In this document: positions 59,894-64,000 of the stretch, one piece after another | How positions within the stretch are numbered: the first letter of the stretch is position 1 | How the letters are laid out: every line of letters begins with the position of its first letter | From: an uncultured Candidatus Bathyarchaeia archaeon | GTDB lineage: Archaea > Thermoproteota > Bathyarchaeia > 40CM-2-53-6 | Length of the DNA: 64,000 nucleotides | Reading direction: 5' to 3' | Assembly (NCBI GenBank): GCA_964649235.1 | Contig: CAZYOZ010000001.1 | Span: 9,102-73,101, forward strand | Translations under genes and position numbers: made by a program | Notes under the pieces: generated by a model | Database searches by the model: none | What the model saw: the letters and a program-made list of their open reading frames with translations, nothing else | Told to the model about the DNA's origin: nothing

Positions 59894-61488
59894 CCTGTTA
59901 GGGCGAACTGGGCGTCGGAACTGGCGAGGAAGACTCCGCCTTGGGAGATGAGCTTGTCAGAGACGAGTGCGTTGGCTATGTACAGCCCGGTTGAAGCGCC
60001 TACGGCGGGGGTGAACCCGAAGGCGACTCTGATGGTCTGTCCCGTGTTCAGTGTTGAGATTTGAAGCAAGATTGAAATTGGCGTACCGTTGGGGTCCCGG
60101 ACCTGAACCCAGATCACGCCTTGGAATGGTGCTCCGCTGTTCTGAACTACCACCCATATGAAGACCATCTGCCCCCTTGAGAATACGGCTGAACGTGTCC
60201 CCGAACTGTCCGCGGCGTAGACATCGTTAATGACGACGCTTGGCGTTTGCGATGTTCCAACAACAAAGGTCGTGTGTGTAGTTGCGGTGTTGAATCCCGC
60301 TTTGCTGGCTGTGGCGAAGCCTGTGTAGGTTCCTACCGTTGCGTTCGCTGGGAGTTTGAAGTTGACGTGGAATATGCCAGCCCCATCAGTCCTCAGGTCC
60401 GTGACGAAGACGATTTCTGCACCTGCGGGTCCGTCAACCTGAACAGAGACGCTGGCGTCCGCGACTGAACCTCCCCTGTGGTCAGTTACGTGGCCTTGTA
60501 GGTTAACAGTGGAGTTTGCTTGGTATTGGGATTTGCTCGCTAGGAGGGTCACGGAAAGGCTGGTTCCAACTGAGACTGTGAACGTGCTGCTGGTCTGGGT
60601 GGTCGTTACCGTCGACGACTGTTCTACCTCGAGTCCCAGTTGGTAGGTGAACTCCTGGCCATTCACGAGTGCAAGTACTATGATCCCGTACGTCTGCGCA
60701 GGGGTGTTTACGGATGTGACGACAGTGAGAGTGGAATGGAATTCAGGGCTGGCTAATCCCATGTCAGGCGTGAATATAGCGACGCTACTGTCTGGAACGC
60801 CTCTCGCAGCCAGCAATACAGATGCCGATGCACCGGTGTATTGCTTTATCAGGATGTTGAATTTGGCAAACTTGCCGGCCTCAATCGATCTGAATGCCGG
60901 GTCGATTTGAAACTCAATTTGCTGGGTGCCGCCTGCTGTGGCCGTTACTTGTGTAGTTGAAGTAGTCGAGCTTGTAGTTGAAAGCTGGCCGGTTATTCCT
61001 ATGGTGAATGTTACATCTGCACTCACAAATTGTGCAGCATCTTCCCGTGTTAACGAGAAATGACCGAAGTAGGTATTCGAACCCAGAGTCGTTTCGAAGT
61101 GTCCATCGCCACTCGCGTCAGTTGAGAACGTACCCAGTTGTAAGCCTGAAATGGCGGTAACAAAAACAACCGCGTAGAGTGCGCTAACCGTGGCCCCCTT
61201 CAAATCCAACTCTAATTGGCCTGTTTGGAGGTTGATCTGAAGGGATGCCTTGGCGGACGAAGGCTCGGTGCTGGTCGAAGCTGGCGTAAGCTGAACGGAT
61301 AGGTTACTATCAGCCGACACAAAACCTGCTAGGCCTCCCGATGTTTGTGCTGCCGACAGTGCTGAGATTAGGCATAGTGCAAGGGCAAGTACGGTTTGTC
61401 CCCGCTGAGAGAACCGCAAATAGGTTTCTTCCTCGCCAGTAGGCTGTTTAGTTGCCGGTGAGCGTATATAAGTGTTGTTATGTGCCAC
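59890..61488 (-). CDS. secreted multi-domain surface protein (repeated CARDB/Ig-like beta domains)
   Basis: 532 aa. N-terminal signal peptide and Ser/Thr-rich linkers. Its C-terminal domain is paralogous to the CARDB-like domain of the two flanking surface proteins. Confidence 0.6.
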   Translation of the reverse strand: MAHNNTYIRSPATKQPTGEEETYLRFSQRGQTVLALALCLISALSAAQTSGGLAGFVSADSNLSVQLTPASTSTEPSSAKASLQINLQTGQLELDLKGATVSALYAVVFVTAISGLQLGTFSTDASGDGHFETTLGSNTYFGHFSLTREDAAQFVSADVTFTIGITGQLSTTSSTTSTTQVTATAGGTQQIEFQIDPAFRSIEAGKFAKFNILIKQYTGASASVLLAARGVPDSSVAIFTPDMGLASPEFHSTLTVVTSVNTPAQTYGIIVLALVNGQEFTYQLGLEVEQSSTVTTTQTSSTFTVSVGTSLSVTLLASKSQYQANSTVNLQGHVTDHRGGSVADASVSVQVDGPAGAEIVFVTDLRTDGAGIFHVNFKLPANATVGTYTGFATASKAGFNTATTHTTFVVGTSQTPSVVINDVYAADSSGTRSAVFSRGQMVFIWVVVQNSGAPFQGVIWVQVRDPNGTPISILLQISTLNTGQTIRVAFGFTPAVGASTGLYIANALVSDKLISQGGVFLASSDAQFALTG

Positions 61489-61578
61489 ATATCTACAACA
61501 ATTCTAGAGTCTATGTGTAGCACTTACAAACTTTCATATAGGTTACCTGTCCAACCCTTGGCCTGATGTGGAATTCCT

Positions 61579-61953
61579 GTGAGCTCGCGAGGGACAGAAT
61601 CTATCCTCGTCGACCTGCTTCGAAAGCTGAATAGAAACGTCGAGAACATGTCGAAAAAACTAGACCGGCTAATAGAGATTCAACGCTCAGGTAGCGGCCA
61701 GATGGTTCGGCCGGGCGTGGCCATGCCTGAAAATCTCCCGCTTGATGTCACGACGCTTCTCTCCTTGCCCGACCATCTTAGGAAGTCAGCGCTTGCCCTC
61801 GCCTCGCTCAGTGAAGCCACGGCAACTGACCTTTCGAAAGAAACTGGACGCGTGAGGGCCGTTGAGAGCGACTACTTGAATCAGCTTGTGTCCATGGGTT
61901 TAGTCAAGAAAAAGAGGAAGGGGAGAGACGTTTACTTCTACATTGAAACCTAG
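61579..61953 (+). CDS. small winged-helix DNA-binding protein
   Basis: 124 aa. The C-terminal half resembles a wHTH (ATDLSKETGRVRAVESDYLNQLVSMGLVKKKRKGRDVYFYIE). Lies immediately upstream of the ParA/MinD gene. Confidence 0.45.
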   Translation: MSSRGTESILVDLLRKLNRNVENMSKKLDRLIEIQRSGSGQMVRPGVAMPENLPLDVTTLLSLPDHLRKSALALASLSEATATDLSKETGRVRAVESDYLNQLVSMGLVKKKRKGRDVYFYIET

Positions 61954-61965
61954 GGGGCTTAGACA

Positions 61966-62739
61966 ATGAGTAGGACCATGGCATTCCATTCATACAAAGG
62001 TGGAACCGGAAAGACTTCGATCGTGGTCAATCTTGGCGCCCTGTTTGCAAAGCAGGGCGCGAACGTTTGCCTTCTCGATTATGACTTCAGGGCACCAAGT
62101 CTGAACGTGCTCTTCAAGGCAAAGCCCGAGTATTGGATTAACGACTACCTCGAAGACAAATGCGGCATCCTCGAGACGCTTGTCGACGAGTCGCAGCGAC
62201 TGAAGTTGCCTGGGAAGCTTTGGGTTGGCTTCTCAAACCCGTCGTTAGCGGCGCTGAAGGAGATCATGGGCAAAGACCGGCGGTGGGAGGTGAAGGCACT
62301 CACGAAGACGCTTTCCGCAAAGAAGGAAATCATTGAGCAGAAAAGGGTTGACTATTTGCTATTTGACACAAGCCCCGGTGCTCAATATTCATCGATAAAT
62401 GCACTGGCAGGTGCAGACGTAGTTTCTCTAGTGATGAAGGCTGACGAATTCGACTTGGAGGGAACAAAGGAACTCTCCAAGGGAGTCTACGAAGCGCTGG
62501 GGAGAAAATCCGGAGTCGTTCTCAATAAGATTCCCTTGGAACAGATCGCAGCTGCAGGCGGTAAGGAAAAGTTCGGAAAACAGATTGAAACTGATGTCGG
62601 GCTTCCGCTGGTTGGGATCATTCCATGCATGTGCGAACTCATGGCCTACGGCGGAAAGACCATCTACACGCTGGAAAAACCTGACCACACTTTCGCGAAG
62701 TCTATAGTCGAAATCTCGGACTCTCTGAAGAGGATGTAG
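61966..62739 (+). CDS. ParA/MinD-family P-loop ATPase
   Basis: 257 aa. Deviant Walker A YKGGTGKTS and Walker B region LLFDTSPG. Confidence 0.8.
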   Translation: MSRTMAFHSYKGGTGKTSIVVNLGALFAKQGANVCLLDYDFRAPSLNVLFKAKPEYWINDYLEDKCGILETLVDESQRLKLPGKLWVGFSNPSLAALKEIMGKDRRWEVKALTKTLSAKKEIIEQKRVDYLLFDTSPGAQYSSINALAGADVVSLVMKADEFDLEGTKELSKGVYEALGRKSGVVLNKIPLEQIAAAGGKEKFGKQIETDVGLPLVGIIPCMCELMAYGGKTIYTLEKPDHTFAKSIVEISDSLKRM

Positions 62740-62740
62740 C

Positions 62741-63718
62741 TCACTTCGATTTCTCGAGCCGCTTCTCATACTCCTTTTTCAAGCGCTGGTAGGTGTCTTC
62801 GTCTACCTTGCCCATGGCCCGTAGTTCCTCAAGCCGCGCGATGACCCGCGCCGTGGCCACATAACCTGTGTCAGCCTTTGCTTGCGCAAGCAACTCCTCC
62901 AATGCCGCTTCCCTCCGCTTCCGCCTACTCCGCGCCCGGACGGCGAACCCTACCACACCCACAGCGAGAACAAACCCTAGGCCACCAAACATGAGGCTAT
63001 AGTCGGCTTGGACAGGGCTTTGGGTCACAATCAGCTGAAAGGACGCCCGGTGGCTCAACGAGCCAGAGATAGCGAGGAGCGTAACTGTGTAGTTGCCCGG
63101 CGCAACTGAAGCCGGAATCGTCACACTCAGGGTTGATGTTCCGCTGGGCACAACGGAAACAGGATTGAATTGCAGGGTGATCTCCGATGGTTTTTCTAGT
63201 GTCGTGAGGTTGACGGCTTGGTTGAAGCCTCGAAGCGAAAGAACAGTAACGGTCAGGGACCCGGTCTGACCTTGTTGCAGCACGATTGTCGTAGGGGAGG
63301 CTTCGACTGAGAAGTCAGGCGTTGAGTACGTGAAGTTGAGTGTGGTGCGTGCTGTATCGTATCCGGGCTTGTCTGCAACAATGAAGGCAGTGTAGTTACC
63401 ACCCGGGGAATCGCTGGCAATCAGAAATGTGTCCTGAAATGCTCCACGAGGGTTCGAGTAGGCGATGGCTACACGTATGGTCGTTCCCAATGGGTCATTG
63501 ATTTGGATCGAAATAACCGCGTTCGGTATCGATGCGTTGTTCGACTCGAAAACTCTGCCCGATATAAGAACTGAGACTCCAAGCTCAGTTTGTGTGAGGT
63601 TGAAGGATGCCTGCATGAGCATTATCTTCGCTGCGGAAACTGGGCCTGCAGAGGCGATGGCTAAGAGCAGAAGCACCAGGACGAGAAGAAGGCGGCTCGT
63701 CTGCACACGCAAAGCCAT
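62741..63718 (-). CDS. cell-surface protein: signal peptide + two CARDB-like domains + TM + cytoplasmic basic/SHOCT-like tail
   Basis: 325 aa. Signal peptide (LLLVLVLLLLAIASAGPVSA), beta domains paralogous to 57521..58552, a TM helix (FGGLGFVLAVGVVGFAV), then RARSRRKRRE and a SHOCT-like C-terminus (GKVDEDTYQRLKKEY). Confidence 0.6.
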   Translation of the reverse strand: MALRVQTSRLLLVLVLLLLAIASAGPVSAAKIMLMQASFNLTQTELGVSVLISGRVFESNNASIPNAVISIQINDPLGTTIRVAIAYSNPRGAFQDTFLIASDSPGGNYTAFIVADKPGYDTARTTLNFTYSTPDFSVEASPTTIVLQQGQTGSLTVTVLSLRGFNQAVNLTTLEKPSEITLQFNPVSVVPSGTSTLSVTIPASVAPGNYTVTLLAISGSLSHRASFQLIVTQSPVQADYSLMFGGLGFVLAVGVVGFAVRARSRRKRREAALEELLAQAKADTGYVATARVIARLEELRAMGKVDEDTYQRLKKEYEKRLEKSK

Positions 63719-63803
63719 TAGCCTCAGAACTCATAGCGGGGCACTCAAGCTATTGTACCTTGCTTCCAGTTGAGATGCAAATGTCGGTGACGGTGTCAGG
63801 ACA

Positions 63804-64000
63804 TTGACTCTGCTTTTCATTCACGGAGCCGGAGGCAACCGAATGACTTGGCATATTCAACTTTCATGCTTCGAGGGCGCACTCGCGATAGACCTGCCCG
63901 GGCATCCCGAAGGGTCTGGCTTCAGCACGATCGAGGAGTATGCAGATTCAGTGGATGAATACATCAAGAAGAACCACATCGAAAGCCCAGTTCTTGTAGG
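63804..64000 (+). CDS. alpha/beta-hydrolase fold protein, 3'-partial (TTG start assumed)
   Basis: The frame is open from 63774 to the window end. The translation begins LTLLFIHGAGGNRMTWH..., an HGxxG-type alpha/beta hydrolase N-terminus. The first in-frame start candidate is TTG at 63804. Confidence 0.4.
   Translation, partial: MTLLFIHGAGGNRMTWHIQLSCFEGALAIDLPGHPEGSGFSTIEEYADSVDEYIKKNHIESPVLV

Noticed and set aside
63465-63773. 102-aa plus-strand ORF overlapping the 5' end of the 62741..63718 surface-protein gene
   Set aside because: Antisense overlap with a well-supported gene, and an Arg/Thr-rich translation.
1-64000. Search for CRISPR repeats, integrase/transposase genes, prophage or plasmid modules
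   Set aside because: No regularly spaced direct repeats and no recombinase-like ORFs were seen. Gene content is housekeeping or accessory metabolic throughout.

Overview
This looks like a single archaeal chromosomal segment of about 64 kb, densely coding, moderately GC-rich, with many 1-4 bp gene overlaps. I found no rRNA, no convincing tRNA, no CRISPR array and no integrase or transposase.

The core is an RNA-polymerase cluster: rpoH, an unsplit rpoB, a single fused rpoA (A' plus A''), rpl30e and nusA. Together with a 4-hydroxybutyryl-CoA dehydratase paralog, this suggests a Thaumarchaeota/Nitrososphaerota-like organism. That is an inference from gene organisation, not a database hit.

Other content:
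- Carbon and amino-acid metabolism: aspartate aminotransferase with ATP-dependent PEP carboxykinase, carbamoyl-phosphate synthase carA/carB, homoserine dehydrogenase, two aldehyde dehydrogenases, ilvE, pheA and guaB.
- Redox defence: two Bcp peroxiredoxins, Fe/Mn superoxide dismutase, an OsmC-like protein and an M48 protease.
- Fe-S biogenesis (SUF) in two pieces: Rieske-sufS-sufU and sufC-sufB-sufD.
- A stand-alone nuoB-nuoC-nuoD-nuoI (Q-module) cluster lacking nuoA and nuoH.
- Uridylate-free ribosomal content is limited to rps12, which sits about 23 kb from the RNA-polymerase cluster.

The most interesting loci are:
1. An ArsR-type regulator with a palindromic operator, heading a dsrE-tusA-sqr-osmC sulfide/persulfide module.
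2. An Nramp-family transporter whose canonical metal-site residues are altered, paired with a soluble MgtE-N/CBS protein.
3. A membrane protein with a degenerate KaiC/RecA-like cytoplasmic domain.
4. A cluster of three paralogous CARDB-like surface proteins with a co-transcribed cytoplasmic protein and a wHTH plus ParA/MinD pair.
5. Start-codon and frameshift anomalies at carA and carB, which suggest residual indel errors in the assembly.
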